From Candidatus Saccharimonadota bacterium (lineage in GTDB: Bacteria; Patescibacteriota; Gracilibacteria; BD1-5; UBA2023), in contig JAXLZO010000001.1 of assembly GCA_046350815.1 (NCBI GenBank), positions 240,001 to 272,000 of the forward strand: DNA of 32,000 nucleotides, read 5' to 3'. A model generated the notes under the pieces. That model was not told the DNA's origin. It searched no databases and saw only the letters and a list, made by a program, of their open reading frames with translations. The position numbers and the translations under genes were made by a program. This document shows positions 31,165 to 32,000 of the stretch, piece by piece. Each line of letters begins with the position of its first letter. Position 1 is the stretch's first letter.

Positions 31165-32000
31165 TTAATACATACCGCCCATACCTCCTCACATACCGCC
31201 ACCATGATTATGTTCTGGAGCTTCTGGCTTTGGAACATCAACAATGACTGATTCCGTCGTGAGGAACATACCAGCTACTGAAATAGCATTTAGAAGTGCA
31301 AGACGCTCAACTTTGGTAGGGTCAATGATTCCTGCTTCGAGCATATCAACATAGGTATCAGTTGCTGCGTCATAACCATATGCAGCGTCAGTATTCTTAG
31401 CGACATTATCAACAATAACCGCACCTTCCTTACCAGCATTTTCAGCAATTTTTCGAAGTGGATAAGAGAGGGCTCGGGCAACGATATTGAGTCCGACTTG
31501 CTGATCGCTTGTCAATCCTGATACGTTTTCAAGCGATTTTGCTGCCTTGAGGAGCGCTACTCATCCTCCAGCTACGATACCTTCATCAACTGCTGCTTTT
31601 GTAGCATTCAGTGCATCTTCGATACGGAGTTTTTTTTCTTTCATCTCGACTTCCGTCGCAGCCCCTACACGGATCACTGCGATACCACCAGAGAGTTTTG
31701 CTACACGCTCAGCAAGCTTTTCTTTATCATAATCAGAGTTACTTGCACGGATTTGTGCCTCGATCTCAGCTACACGTCCATCGATCATGTATTTCTCACC
31801 CTGTCCGCCAATGACAACAGTAGAATCCTTCTTTGCAACGATAGCTTTTGCACGACCAAAATGATCAACAGTGACGTGTTCAAGTTTAAATCCAAGCTCT
31901 TCTGTAATAAGAGTTGCACCAGTGAGGATTGCAATATCCTTGAGCATCTCTTTCTTACGATCACCAAATCCTGGAGCCTTGATAGCGAGGACATTCAGTG
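31165..32000 (-). CDS. groL: Chaperonin GroEL, C-terminal part (gene continues past the right edge)
   Basis: ...[10 protein letters not shown][G][31 protein letters not shown]...[26 protein letters not shown]...HNHGGGM[G]GGMGGMY. The true stop is TAA 31165-31167, 24 nt beyond the standard-code stop. Confidence 0.95.

Noticed and set aside
1-32000. TGA = Trp (code 4, Mycoplasma-like) as the explanation for the fragmented ORFs
   Set aside because: TGA aligns with invariant Gly in P-loops, GroEL GGM/AGGG, DTKG, GRVGR and DEPT-G-D. Trp at these positions is not plausible.
1-32000. CRISPR arrays, tRNA, rRNA or tmRNA genes
   Set aside because: By-eye scanning found no short direct-repeat/spacer periodicity and no cloverleaf-like intergenic sequences. 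The only repeats found are IS-related. tmRNA is not adjacent to smpB here.

Overview
This AT-rich bacterial chromosomal segment can only be read with genetic code 25 (TGA = Gly). In-frame TGA falls on invariant glycines of GroEL, Mfd, pyruvate kinase, Der, an ABC ATPase, an OmpA-like domain and the transposases. The source is therefore almost certainly a Candidatus Gracilibacteria (BD1-5) or Absconditabacteria (SR1) type CPR bacterium, and the supplied standard-code ORF track is badly fragmented. After stitching frames across TGA I resolve about 30 genes. Housekeeping genes are the recA 5' end, smpB, mfd, pyk, two thymidylate-kinase-like genes, serS, der, grpE and the groEL 3' part. Also present are an AbrB-like/MFP/RND efflux operon, an ABC-2 exporter, an isochorismatase-family hydrolase and several lipoproteins and hypotheticals. 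There are four IS1595-family insertion sequences of three types, two of them identical 753-bp copies, and their transposases also need TGA = Gly. Three IS copies have clean 7-bp target duplications and interrupt or abut genes. The most interesting locus lies at 11.4-15.5 kb. It encodes a MotB/OmpA-like protein, a small acidic protein, a MotA/ExbB-like channel with a coiled-coil tail of about 380 aa, and an HNH nuclease. I read this as a compact, re-ordered Zorya type II-like candidate anti-phage system, with an IS inserted at the 5' end of the ZorA-like gene. pyk carries a 1-nt frameshift. I saw no rRNA, tRNA or CRISPR array.
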